Assembly: GCA_021793215.1 (NCBI GenBank)
Contig: JAJYTE010000008.1
Span: 14,876-78,875 of the forward strand
Length of the DNA stretch: 64,000 nt
Source: Bacillota bacterium
Lineage (GTDB): Bacteria; Bacillota; Sulfobacillia; JAJZYS01; JAJYTV01
Direction: 5' to 3'
In this document: piece after piece, positions 46,385 through 55,653 of the stretch
Position numbering within the stretch: position 1 is the stretch's first letter
How the letters are laid out: every line of letters begins with the position of its first letter
Position numbers and translations under genes: made by a program
The notes under the pieces: generated by a model
The model's input: the letters and a program-made list of their open reading frames with translations, nothing else
Databases searched by the model: none
Told to the model about the DNA's origin: nothing

Positions 46385-48314
46385 GCACGAGGAGGTCCGG
46401 GCCGCGGAAGAAGACACTTGCACTCTGGGGATGGGCGGAGAGGAACGCCATCGCCCATGCGTAGGCGTGCGCGTCGGCGACGCGGCCGTCGGGGCCCAGG
46501 TTCTCTGCCGCCGCGAGCGAGTCCGGGACGGACTTCGCGAGGTCGGCGCGCGCAGGGCGAAGGCCGTCCGTCGTGATCCGCGGCACGTAGAGGAAGGTGT
46601 CCGGCGAGAGGATCTGAAGCGGCCAGTTCCGTGGCAGCATGCGCGGGTTTTTCGCGTCGGCCAGCGGGACCGTTCGGAGGAAGGAGCGAAGCTCCACGTG
46701 CCAGCCCTTGCCGAGCAGTTCGCTGTACTGCTCGGTGGGGGAGATCGCGGTCCACTGATAGGCTTCGTACGCGGCCTCGATGCGCCCTGTTACGACGCCG
46801 GAACCGGGCACCTCGTAGCGCGTCGTGGCCTGGACGGGCATCAGGCCGGACGCCAGGGCGCCAGCGCCCAGCAGGATCGCGAGCCCCTGCGCGGCGCGGC
46901 TCTCCTGCGGCTGGTTCGCGGCGAATGAGAAGAGCCACCCGACGAGGACCGGAACTGCGAGGAACCCGACGTACCCGCCGACGCCCAGGGTCACGCTGAG
47001 GGGAGGGGGGATCGGGAGGAGCGCCTCCGCGGCGAACGCGACCATGCAGATGCCGAAGCCGAGGAAGAGGGGCCCGTCGTCGTAGCGCCAGGCGCGCAGC
47101 GCCGTGAGCAGCATGAGGAGTCCGCTGCCGGCGAGCACGACGAGGCCGCCGGTGCCGGTGAGCCAACCCGGCACGGCGCTCGATGAGACGGCCGGCGAGG
47201 AGAGAAGCGTTGCGGCGGGCGCGTGGCCCGTGAGCAGCGCGGCGGCGAAGGGCGCGAACCCCACGGTCGCGCCGAGGAGCGCGAGTAGGGCAGCGCGTAC
47301 GCCCGCTCGCCGGCGACCGATCCACGGCAAGCCGAGGCCGACGGCGAGCAGGGCGGCGTACGGCCACGCGAGGGGCTCGAAGAGCACGGCGACGAATCCC
47401 GCGGTGCAGGCAAGCCACGCGTCCTGGGGGATGCCCCGCCGCAGGGAGCGCACGAGGAAGGCGCCTTGCGCCAGGAGGAAGACGAGCGCGGCGTGCGCGC
47501 TCAGGGGGTACCACGCGTCGAGTGAACCGCCTCCGAGCGCAGGCAGCGCCGTGAGCGCCACGAGCGTCAGCGCGACTGCTGCCGCCCAAGTGGATTCGGC
47601 GATCTCCGCTGCGAGCGCCGCTGCGGCGAGGGGCTGGAGCAGGGCGAGCAGTGGACCGAGGAAGCGCAGGACGTTCAGGGGATCGAAGAAGAAACTGGTG
47701 GACAGGAGGGCGGCGAGGATCGGGACGCCGAGCGGGTAGGCACCCGTGGTGTAGATGCCCATGTTGAGTGCGATCTGCTTCGCCGCGAGCAGTTGTTCGT
47801 AGCCGTCCGGCGTCGCGGGCACGACCTGCCCGAGCGCAGCGGGGAACTCGCGCCAGACCACGATGACCAGGACGACGAGCACCACGAGGTTCTCTGGTCG
47901 GCGAAGGCGCAATCCGGCTAGGCGCAGGGCCCTCGCCCAGCGCGCGAGCGCGTCGCGCGTGAGCGACAGGAAGGAGTGCTCGGTGTCCGGGTCCATCGCG
48001 TCGAGCGCCGAAGCCGTCCGCTCGTCGCGGGCCGCTTGGAGCTGCGGCTGCGAGAGGCGCCGGCGATGGAGGTAGCGGGCGGCCACGATCATCAGTGTGA
48101 GGGCGAGCCCGATCGTTGCGAGCTCGATGCTCGAGAGCAGCGCAAGGAGTAGGCCGAGCGCGAGCCAGATGGCCGCGCCAGCCGTCAGGAGCCGCCAGAG
48201 CGCCGTGAGAGGCGGACCCTGCGGCAGGCGGGGCAGGAGGATGTACGGCAGGAGCGCGAGCGCGGTGGCGAGTCCGATGGTGACCTGCAGCGCGGCACCG
48301 GCGGCACCGCTCAT
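46368..48314 (-). CDS. Large polytopic membrane protein (648 aa); paralog of the next gene; possible GT-C-like glycosyltransferase or polymerase.
   Basis: Hydrophobic throughout, with a ~150-aa C-terminal extracytoplasmic domain. Start MSGAAGAALQ at 48314 overlaps the upstream gene stop (ATGA). The 1559-aa track ORF to 51047 is an artefact of an open GC-rich frame. Confidence 0.5.
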   Translation of the reverse strand: MSGAAGAALQVTIGLATALALLPYILLPRLPQGPPLTALWRLLTAGAAIWLALGLLLALLSSIELATIGLALTLMIVAARYLHRRRLSQPQLQAARDERTASALDAMDPDTEHSFLSLTRDALARWARALRLAGLRLRRPENLVVLVVLVIVVWREFPAALGQVVPATPDGYEQLLAAKQIALNMGIYTTGAYPLGVPILAALLSTSFFFDPLNVLRFLGPLLALLQPLAAAALAAEIAESTWAAAVALTLVALTALPALGGGSLDAWYPLSAHAALVFLLAQGAFLVRSLRRGIPQDAWLACTAGFVAVLFEPLAWPYAALLAVGLGLPWIGRRRAGVRAALLALLGATVGFAPFAAALLTGHAPAATLLSSPAVSSSAVPGWLTGTGGLVVLAGSGLLMLLTALRAWRYDDGPLFLGFGICMVAFAAEALLPIPPPLSVTLGVGGYVGFLAVPVLVGWLFSFAANQPQESRAAQGLAILLGAGALASGLMPVQATTRYEVPGSGVVTGRIEAAYEAYQWTAISPTEQYSELLGKGWHVELRSFLRTVPLADAKNPRMLPRNWPLQILSPDTFLYVPRITTDGLRPARADLAKSVPDSLAAAENLGPDGRVADAHAYAWAMAFLSAHPQSASVFFRGPDLLVLRIHQ

Positions 48315-50293
48315 GGCGAGAGCGCGCCCAGGGACTGCAGTCCCTGGGGTTTGCTCAACTCGTACACCGTCACGTTCGGGCCGCGGAAGTAGACGGGGAG
48401 CGGACCATGCGTCCTCTCCCACGCGGCGATCCACGCGCCCAGGGCGCGCTGCGCCGCACTGCGCCGCGGCGCCACAACGCGGCGGTACTGCCGCGCGACG
48501 ACCAGTCGCCGGTCGACGAAAAGGAAGATGTGATCCTCGGAGATGGCGTAGGACGCGACGCCCCCCGCGTGGTAGACGGGCCACCGGCCGACCGTGCCGA
48601 CGTGCTGGAGAAAGGCGGAGGCGGTCATGAAGAAACCCTGGCCGTATGCGTAGTCGAAGCCGCTGTCGTCCGAGACCGCGAGCCAGGTGCCATGCGGCAG
48701 GCTCGTGCCGATCTTGACGTACGCCACGACGAAGTCGTCGGGAAGCCACCGGGACTGCGCATCCGCGCTGAGGGGCGTCGGCCGGAACTGCACCCAGGCC
48801 GCAGCGGCGATCGCGACGGCGCCGCCAAGCGCCAGCCAGCGCCCGACGCCGAAGTGCGCGAGCTCCAGGAGTTCCTGCACCGCGGAGAGACCGAGGCCGA
48901 GCGCGAGCGCTTCCGCCAGCGCGAGGAATTCTCCGGCGCGCGACGCAAGCACGAGGGAGTCGATGCCCAGGCGCGGCGCCTGCTGGATCGCGAGCGCCGA
49001 AAGCAGCACCAGAAGCCCTGCGATGGCCACCCCGAGATCGACGCGGTCGCTGCGGCGTACGAGTAGGCGCAGCCCGCGCACCAGCACGAGCGCGGCGGCG
49101 CCGGCGAGCGCGACGCGCGCCGTCAGGCTGATCGCCGGAGCGGCGGCGTGGCTTGCCGCCGCGGCGAAGGCCGCACCCGAACTGTTGAGCGGGATCCCGA
49201 GCGCCAGGGCCACGGCGATCGGCAGGAGGGCGATCAGGGCGGCGAGCGCGACCCAGCGCACGTACCAGGAGAGTGTCGCGAGGCGGACGCCGTTCGTCAG
49301 CCAGGCGCCGAGCGTCGCCGCGACGGCGGCTGCGGCGGCGTTGAGGAGGACGACGGGATGCGTCAGCGCGCACGCGAGCAGCAGGGCGAGCGCGGTGCCG
49401 CGGTGCCAGGTGCCCTTGCGTACCCAGGAGACGTAGACGAACCACAGGGTCGGCAGCACCAGCGCGTTGCCGAACTCCTGCGAATCGGTGCCGACCTGCC
49501 GGACGGCCGAGTACGGCAGGAAGTGCGGCAGCGCGCCGTAGACCAGGACGGCGACGATCGCCGGCGCGATGCGGCCACTGACGCGGTAGGTGGTGTAGCC
49601 GACCGACGCGACCATCATGATGCCGACGAGCGGGCCGAAGAACCGGATGGTCGCGATCGGGTTCGCCGCGGTGAGCCGGGCGAGGTCCGCGATCACGATG
49701 TGGAATCCCTCGGGGTAGATGCCGTTCGGGAAGAGCACCTGCGACTCGATCGCCTGTACCCAGTAGATGACGACGTCCGAGTCGGAGAAAGGGATGGCGG
49801 CGTGCGCGAGCGGGGAGGCGAGCCGCATCCACGCCGCGATGGCGAGCACGGCCAGAAGGGCAAGGGTGCCGACCACCCAGTAGAGGCTCCACCTGCGCGA
49901 CGAGCGCCCTGCGGGGCGCGGCCGCGGCCGCAGGCCGGCGAGCACGCGGGACGGCAGGCTGCCCAACTGGTCGAGCTCCGAGAGGAGGAGCGCCGCGAGG
50001 CGCGCACCGCGCCGAAGCTCGTACTCCCCGGGTGTCGCGCGCGGGCGCAGCAGGCGGACCGCGAACACCAGGAGCGCGAGCGTCAGCCAGCTGTAGATGT
50101 GCGCGGCGACGAGCGCGTACCCTGCGAGCATCAGGACGACCAGCATGCGCGCGCCGTAGCCGGCGACCGCGTCGAACGGCGCCACGCCGTCCTCGACGGC
50201 GAACGCGTAGCGCGGCCATAGGTAGAAGAGGACGATTCCGCCCACGAGGAGGCGCGCCAGCGTGGGGATCTCGATGGAGAGCGGGAACGGCAT
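48311..50293 (-). CDS. Large polytopic membrane protein (660 aa); paralog of the previous gene; possible GT-C-like enzyme.
   Basis: Shares architecture and a conserved loop with its neighbour (FPNGIYPEGFHIVIADL versus LNMGIYTTGAYPLGVPIL). Contains an acidic PFSDSD loop. Confidence 0.5.
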   Translation of the reverse strand: MPFPLSIEIPTLARLLVGGIVLFYLWPRYAFAVEDGVAPFDAVAGYGARMLVVLMLAGYALVAAHIYSWLTLALLVFAVRLLRPRATPGEYELRRGARLAALLLSELDQLGSLPSRVLAGLRPRPRPAGRSSRRWSLYWVVGTLALLAVLAIAAWMRLASPLAHAAIPFSDSDVVIYWVQAIESQVLFPNGIYPEGFHIVIADLARLTAANPIATIRFFGPLVGIMMVASVGYTTYRVSGRIAPAIVAVLVYGALPHFLPYSAVRQVGTDSQEFGNALVLPTLWFVYVSWVRKGTWHRGTALALLLACALTHPVVLLNAAAAAVAATLGAWLTNGVRLATLSWYVRWVALAALIALLPIAVALALGIPLNSSGAAFAAAASHAAAPAISLTARVALAGAAALVLVRGLRLLVRRSDRVDLGVAIAGLLVLLSALAIQQAPRLGIDSLVLASRAGEFLALAEALALGLGLSAVQELLELAHFGVGRWLALGGAVAIAAAAWVQFRPTPLSADAQSRWLPDDFVVAYVKIGTSLPHGTWLAVSDDSGFDYAYGQGFFMTASAFLQHVGTVGRWPVYHAGGVASYAISEDHIFLFVDRRLVVARQYRRVVAPRRSAAQRALGAWIAAWERTHGPLPVYFRGPNVTVYELSKPQGLQSLGALSP

Positions 50294-50305
50294 GCGGGCC
50301 CTCCT

Positions 50306-51943
50306 CTAGACCATGCGGTAGAGCATGAAGTCGATGCGCGGCAGGAGACGAAGAATCTCTACCGTCGTCAGGACGACGAGGCAGGCGACGCCTGCGATCA
50401 GGCCGACGACCGCGAACTGGTAGGCGTTGAAGACGCGGGTCGCGATGATTCCGACCGTGACGTCGACCGCGACCGCCAGCAAGAGGGAGCGCAGGGCGGG
50501 CTGCGGGTGCGCGAGGCCGAACATCACGAGGATGTTGAACAGCGACAGGGCAAGGAAGACGTAGGCGAAACTTGACCAGGAGAAGACGAAGGGCTCGACG
50601 CCGGTCACCGGAACCGCAGCGCGCAGCAGCGGTATCTGGTGCGCGAGGGACACCCCGAAGCGGATCAGGATCAGCCCGACGACCGCGACGAGCAGGAATC
50701 CGCCGACCGCCCGCAGGTACACGGAGCGCATCGCCCGCGCGAGGTCCTCGACGCGGTGCTCGAGGGCACGGTGCTGCGCGACCATCAGCCAGCGGATCAG
50801 GTAACCAACGAACGCCTCGGTCGCCGCCAGGGGAAGGATCAGCGAGGCGAGCGACCAGTCCATCCCGAGTTCGTACTGGCCGCGGAACCAGATGCTGTAC
50901 GGCAGGAAGGTGGTAGCGGTCGTCCAGGCGACGAGGCGGTCCGCGAAGATGAAGATGAAGTAGAGGATGCCGTAGAAGAAGTAGGTGCTGGTCGCGTAGG
51001 CAAGCTGCGAGGTGCGCGTCTTCACGATGCGCCCGGCGTGCTGCCACTGGCGGCTCTGGCGCCGGAAGATCACGAGCCAGGCCAGTACCGCGCCCACGGT
51101 GGCGGCGGCCATGGCGATGACCTGCGCCAGGATGACGCTATGGGCCTCGCGCCAGATGACGTACGCGATGAGGACCGCGCCGAGCGTGAGGAGCGTCAGC
51201 ATGTACTCGCGCCGCAGCACGTAGAGGCTCGCGTACGCCAGCCAGAGCACCGAGAGCATGACCATGTAGACGACCATGAACGTGACCAGCGAAAAGGGGA
51301 AGATCGGGAAGACGCTGTCGCCGATGAGGATCGCGACGGCGACGAGGATGGCCATAGTTGCGCCCCAGCGCATGACCTGGAAAAGCATGCGCTCGACGAG
51401 GGCGGCCTCCTGCAGGCCGACCAGCAGGTAGTAGGTCGTGGCCATCGCTTGGGAGAAGCCGCCCGTGACGACGAAGCTGAGGAAGGTCGCGATGCCGAGC
51501 ACCGTGGCCTGCGCCACGGAGAAGTACTGGAACGACGAGATGCTGATGTGGAGGATGACCATCGACCCGATGGACACCGCCATGGGCATCGCGAACGTGA
51601 ACCCGTGGAGGAAGTCCGCCGCGACGAGGCGGAACATCTTGAACCAGGAGACCTCCGCGCGCGGCGGCAGGGGGACGTTGCGCACCGAGACGTTGTACTC
51701 CTCGTAGAGCTCCTCCGCGAGGTCGAACACGCTCGGGCTGCCGAACACCTCGTCGACGCGCTGGTCGCTCCAGCCGAGCGACTCGATCGTCGCTGCGACG
51801 TCAAGGCTGTCCTGCAGGTCGCCGTTCGCCTCGACCACGGAGCGCAGCAACTTGGCCCGTGCATCGCGGCTGCGCGCGGACGCCGACCCCTGACCGACGG
51901 CGCTGCCCAATCGCTCACACCCCAGTCGTTGGCGCGTAGACAT
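50306..51943 (-). CDS. Polytopic membrane protein (~546 aa) with a ~100-aa cytoplasmic N-terminus; possible exopolysaccharide export/assembly protein.
   Basis: About 12 hydrophobic segments. Divergent from the PelF-like GT4 across a 185-bp intergenic region. The start is ATG 51943 or TTG 51949. The PelG-like functional guess comes from context only. Confidence 0.4.
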   Translation of the reverse strand: MSTRQRLGCERLGSAVGQGSASARSRDARAKLLRSVVEANGDLQDSLDVAATIESLGWSDQRVDEVFGSPSVFDLAEELYEEYNVSVRNVPLPPRAEVSWFKMFRLVAADFLHGFTFAMPMAVSIGSMVILHISISSFQYFSVAQATVLGIATFLSFVVTGGFSQAMATTYYLLVGLQEAALVERMLFQVMRWGATMAILVAVAILIGDSVFPIFPFSLVTFMVVYMVMLSVLWLAYASLYVLRREYMLTLLTLGAVLIAYVIWREAHSVILAQVIAMAAATVGAVLAWLVIFRRQSRQWQHAGRIVKTRTSQLAYATSTYFFYGILYFIFIFADRLVAWTTATTFLPYSIWFRGQYELGMDWSLASLILPLAATEAFVGYLIRWLMVAQHRALEHRVEDLARAMRSVYLRAVGGFLLVAVVGLILIRFGVSLAHQIPLLRAAVPVTGVEPFVFSWSSFAYVFLALSLFNILVMFGLAHPQPALRSLLLAVAVDVTVGIIATRVFNAYQFAVVGLIAGVACLVVLTTVEILRLLPRIDFMLYRMV

Positions 51944-52128
51944 TGCCAAATTGATGATAGCAGTGGCAAACTATTCCGTACATGGTGAAAGAAGATCCCG
52001 TCCCTGTCGTCAATTAGAGGACGGAGGCTTCCAGTCCTTCCTTTTCGCGGTATGCATTGGCCAATACACGAAGCGATGCGCCGTAAATCGCTGGACTGCA
52101 ACTCCCAGTCTTCGGGAGGTGATCCGAG

Positions 52129-53883
52129 GTGGCCCGCAAACTTCGCGTGCTGTTGGCGACCGAGGGCACCTATCCGTATCACCTGGGCGGCGTGAGCACG
52201 TGGTGCGATGCGCTGGTGCACCGACTCGACGACATCGACTTCACGGTCTTCGCCGTGGCGATGAACCCGTTCGTGCGTAGCCGATTCACCTTCCCGCCAA
52301 GCGTCCGCGGGATCGTCACAGTGCCTCTCTGGGGGACGCAGGATCCTTCCGAGCACAAGGAGCAGATGCCTTTCTCGGAGATCTTCCTGCAGAAGCAGCG
52401 CACGACGGAGGAGCAGATCGAGCGCGGGTTCCTGCCCGAGCTGATGCAGATCCTGACGCAGATGCGCTGCGACGGCGCCCGGCCCGAGGCGGTCGGGAAC
52501 GCGCTCGCCGGTTTGCACCGCCATTTCCAGACCTTCGACTACCGGCAGACGTTCAAGTCGCCGCTCGTCTGGCAGGCCTTCCGGGACTTCCTGCAGACGG
52601 CCGCCGACGAGGGCCTTTGGCCGGAGCCGAGCGTCTTTGAGGCCGTCCAGGCACTCGGCTGGGTCTACCACTTCTTCACGGTGCTGAACACGCCGATCCC
52701 AGAGGTGGACGTTGTGCACTCGTCGGCGGCCGCGTTCTGCGGCATGGCAGGGGTCGTGGCCAAGGTGGAGTACGGCACCCCACTTCTGCTCACCGAGCAC
52801 GGCGTCTACCTGCGCGAGCAGTACCTCTCGGTGGGTCGCAGCAACATGAGCCGATTCTCCAAACGGTTCCTCATCGCGATAGTGCGGACGATCGTGCGCA
52901 CGAACCTCTACTACGCGGACGTCGTGGCTCCGGTGTGCAGCTTCAACGCGCGCTGGGAGCGACTGCTCGGCGTAAGGGGCGAACGCATCTCCGTCGTCTA
53001 CAACGGGGTCTCGTCCGATGTCTTCGCCCCCAGAACGCAGCGGAGCGAGGGTCCCCTTCGACTGCTCGCCGTGGCGCGCAGCGACCCCAACAAGGACATC
53101 GAGACGCTGCTGCGCGCGATGGCGATCATCCATCGCCATCTCCCCGACGTGCGCCTCGACATCCGGGGATCTGTCTCGGTGCCCGACTACCATACCCGCA
53201 TGCTGGCACTTTGCACGGAGCTCGGGATCGACGATGTCGTCGTGTTCGGCGGCCACACCGAAGACCCAGCGGCGCTCTACCGTGAGGCAGATGTGCTCGT
53301 CCAGTCGAGTGTGTCCGAGGGGTTCCCCTACGCGGTGATCGAGGGTATGATGAGCGGCCTGCCGGTCGTCGCGACGGACGTGGGCGGGACGTCGGAGGCG
53401 GTCGCGGACACGGGCATCACGGTGCCCGCCCAGGATCCGGCTCGCCTCGCGGCGGCCCTGATCATCGTGCTGCAGGACGAGGACCTGCGCGCGCGGCTCG
53501 GTGAGGCGGCGCGGGAGCGGGCCCTGAACCTCTTCACCATCCGTCGCTCTGCCAGCGAGTACATGGACCTCTACACGGCGCTGGCGGGCGGCGAGGTGCC
53601 GCAGGTCGCGCTGCCGGCCGGCGCGCGCCGAGGCGTCTCTTTGAAGCCGGCGAGCACCGCCCAACTGGTGCATCTTCAGAAGGCCCTCGCGCTTCGGCGG
53701 CTCGGCATGCCGGTCGCCGCGCTCGACCAGCTCTCTCGCGCGCTCGCGGCAGCCCCGAACGCCGGCGCGGCATCCGCGATCCTTGCGCAGGTCGCGGAGA
53801 TCGAGCGAGAACTCGGCCATGGGGCCGACGCCCTCGAGCACCTCGCGAGCGCGTGGCTGATCTCGCAGGTCCAAAGCGCCTGA
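52129..53883 (+). CDS. pelF: GT4 glycosyltransferase of the PelF type (DUF3492 N-domain plus GT1_4 C-domain).
   Basis: N-terminus RVLLATEGTYPYHLGGVSTWCDALV matches the PelF hallmark (EGTYPY..GGVS.W). C-terminal GT4 EX7E region (VQSSVSEGFPYAVIEGMMSGLPVVATDVGG). Confidence 0.7.
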   Translation: MARKLRVLLATEGTYPYHLGGVSTWCDALVHRLDDIDFTVFAVAMNPFVRSRFTFPPSVRGIVTVPLWGTQDPSEHKEQMPFSEIFLQKQRTTEEQIERGFLPELMQILTQMRCDGARPEAVGNALAGLHRHFQTFDYRQTFKSPLVWQAFRDFLQTAADEGLWPEPSVFEAVQALGWVYHFFTVLNTPIPEVDVVHSSAAAFCGMAGVVAKVEYGTPLLLTEHGVYLREQYLSVGRSNMSRFSKRFLIAIVRTIVRTNLYYADVVAPVCSFNARWERLLGVRGERISVVYNGVSSDVFAPRTQRSEGPLRLLAVARSDPNKDIETLLRAMAIIHRHLPDVRLDIRGSVSVPDYHTRMLALCTELGIDDVVVFGGHTEDPAALYREADVLVQSSVSEGFPYAVIEGMMSGLPVVATDVGGTSEAVADTGITVPAQDPARLAAALIIVLQDEDLRARLGEAARERALNLFTIRRSASEYMDLYTALAGGEVPQVALPAGARRGVSLKPASTAQLVHLQKALALRRLGMPVAALDQLSRALAAAPNAGAASAILAQVAEIERELGHGADALEHLASAWLISQVQSA

Positions 53884-53953
53884 CGCAAGAAGCATCGTCC
53901 AACGGGCGCCCGCAGCGGGGCGCCCCCACGGCAGGCGATGGGGGGGGCAGGCG

Positions 53954-54661
53954 TTGGTCGCGATCGCGCTCGGACTGGTCCTCGGCTGGGTCGGCGCTGG
54001 GCTGCTCACCCGCCTGTCGGAGTACCTGGCCTCCGGACGAGCGTTGCTCGGCCCCCCGCACTGCCCGGGCTGCGGCGCGGCGCTCCGGGGGCCGAACCTA
54101 CCGCTCGTTGCGCGGAGTTGCCCCGCCTGCGGTGCGCGCGCAAAGCCTCCGATCTGGCTTGAGGCCGCGGCGATCGGAGGCACTGCGGTCGTCGTCTGGC
54201 GGCTGTGGGGCACTCCCGAGATCTTCGTCGGTGTCTTGGTGCTCTGGCTCGCGATCGCCTCTACCGCCATCGACATGCGCCTGCGCATCATCCCGAACCG
54301 CCTTCTGGCCGGTGCGGCGCTGCTCGGGCTCCTCGCGATGATCCCGCTCGGCGCGGGAGCCTTCGCGCAGGGCGCGCTCGGTACTGTCGTTCTCTTCGCC
54401 GTCGCAGCCCTTCTGGCGGTGGTCGGACGGGGCGGCTTCGGTTTCGGCGACGTGAAGTACCTCGCCGTCGTCGGGCTGCTGCTCGGGCTCGATGCAGGGA
54501 TCGTCAGCCTGCTCGCCGCGGTGCTGCTCGGTGGGCTCTACGCCGCCATGCTGCTGGCGACGCGGCGGGCCGGCCGCAAGGACACGTTCGCCTTCGCGCC
54601 GTTCATCGCCATCGGTTCAGTCGCGGTGCTGATGCTCTGGCACCTGCCACCCGGGCACTGA
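53954..54661 (+). CDS. A24-family prepilin peptidase (PilD/ComC-like).
   Basis: N-terminal zinc-ribbon-like CPGCGA...CPACGA, then the IIPNRL and GFGDVKYL catalytic Asp motifs. 8 transmembrane-like segments. Confidence 0.75.
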   Translation: MVAIALGLVLGWVGAGLLTRLSEYLASGRALLGPPHCPGCGAALRGPNLPLVARSCPACGARAKPPIWLEAAAIGGTAVVVWRLWGTPEIFVGVLVLWLAIASTAIDMRLRIIPNRLLAGAALLGLLAMIPLGAGAFAQGALGTVVLFAVAALLAVVGRGGFGFGDVKYLAVVGLLLGLDAGIVSLLAAVLLGGLYAAMLLATRRAGRKDTFAFAPFIAIGSVAVLMLWHLPPGH

Positions 54662-54663
54662 AC

Positions 54664-55605
54664 TCAGGCCAGACGACCCTCGCTGCGCAGGCGCGCAAGG
54701 TGCTCCACCGTCCGGGCGAGCCCTTCGTCCAGCGGCACGTCTGGACGCCAGTGCAGCTCGTCTGCGGCGCGGCGCGGATCGAGCACGCTGCGCCGCACTT
54801 CTCCTGGCCGCTCCGGCTCGCGCAGGGACGGCGCATGCACCCCCATCAGGTCGCAAAGGCGCACGTAGAGCTCGTTGACGGACGTCTCGAGGCCGCTCCC
54901 GATGTGCAGCGTCGCGCCGTCCGCTGCGTTTAGGGCCGCGACGTTCGCCGCGGCCACGTCGCCGACGTAGACGTAGTCGCGGGTCTGCTCGCCGTCCCCG
55001 AAGATGCGGCTGGGGCGCCCGAGCAGCAGGTTGCGGATGAAGATGGCGACGACGCCGCCCTCGCCGGTGGGGTCCTGGCGCGGTCCGTAGACGTTGGCGT
55101 AGCGGAGCGACGTGCAGGCGAGCCCCCGCTGGGACGAGTAGAGGTCGAGGTATAGTTCAACCGCGCGCTTCGCCACGCCGTAGGGCGAGAGCGGGGCGAC
55201 CTTGTCCTCCTCCTTCACCGGAAGCTCCTGCGGTTCGCCGTAGATGGCGCCGCCGCTCGAGGCGAACACGACCTTGCGGGCGCCGACCGCCGCGGCGCAC
55301 TCGATCACCTGCAGGCTCCCGAGGATGTTCACCCGGGCGTCGAAGACGGGATCCTTGGTCGACGTGCGCACGTCGACCTGGGCCGCGAGGTGGACGACCG
55401 CCTCGGGGCGCTCCTGCTCCAGAATCTCCCGCAGCGCCTGGCCATCGGTGATGTCCGCCTCGTGGAAGCGCGCAAGCGGACTGACCTGCGGCGCTTGGCC
55501 GCGGGAGAGGTTGTCCACGACCGCGACCTGGTGGCCCTGCGCGAGAAGGAGATCGACCGTGTGCGACCCGATGAACCCGGCGCCACCCGTGACGAGGACC
55601 CGCAT
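54664..55605 (-). CDS. NAD-dependent epimerase: UDP-glucose/UDP-GlcNAc 4-epimerase (GalE/PelX-like SDR).
   Basis: The Rossmann motif VTGGAGFIGSH and the catalytic YxxxK (YGVAK) are present. Confidence 0.85.
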   Translation of the reverse strand: MRVLVTGGAGFIGSHTVDLLLAQGHQVAVVDNLSRGQAPQVSPLARFHEADITDGQALREILEQERPEAVVHLAAQVDVRTSTKDPVFDARVNILGSLQVIECAAAVGARKVVFASSGGAIYGEPQELPVKEEDKVAPLSPYGVAKRAVELYLDLYSSQRGLACTSLRYANVYGPRQDPTGEGGVVAIFIRNLLLGRPSRIFGDGEQTRDYVYVGDVAAANVAALNAADGATLHIGSGLETSVNELYVRLCDLMGVHAPSLREPERPGEVRRSVLDPRRAADELHWRPDVPLDEGLARTVEHLARLRSEGRLA

Positions 55606-55653
55606 GCCCGCCCCTCCGTTGCTGCGATGCCGTTGCCGCGCCGGCCCCTTGTG

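Noticed and set aside
46368-51047. 1559-aa minus-strand ORF in the track.
   Set aside because: Only the 3' 1947 nt (46368..48314) has a membrane-protein-like translation. Upstream of 48314 the translation is Arg/Pro-rich nonsense, antisense to the real 48311..50293 and 50306..51943 genes in other frames. It is an artefact of a stop-poor GC-rich frame.
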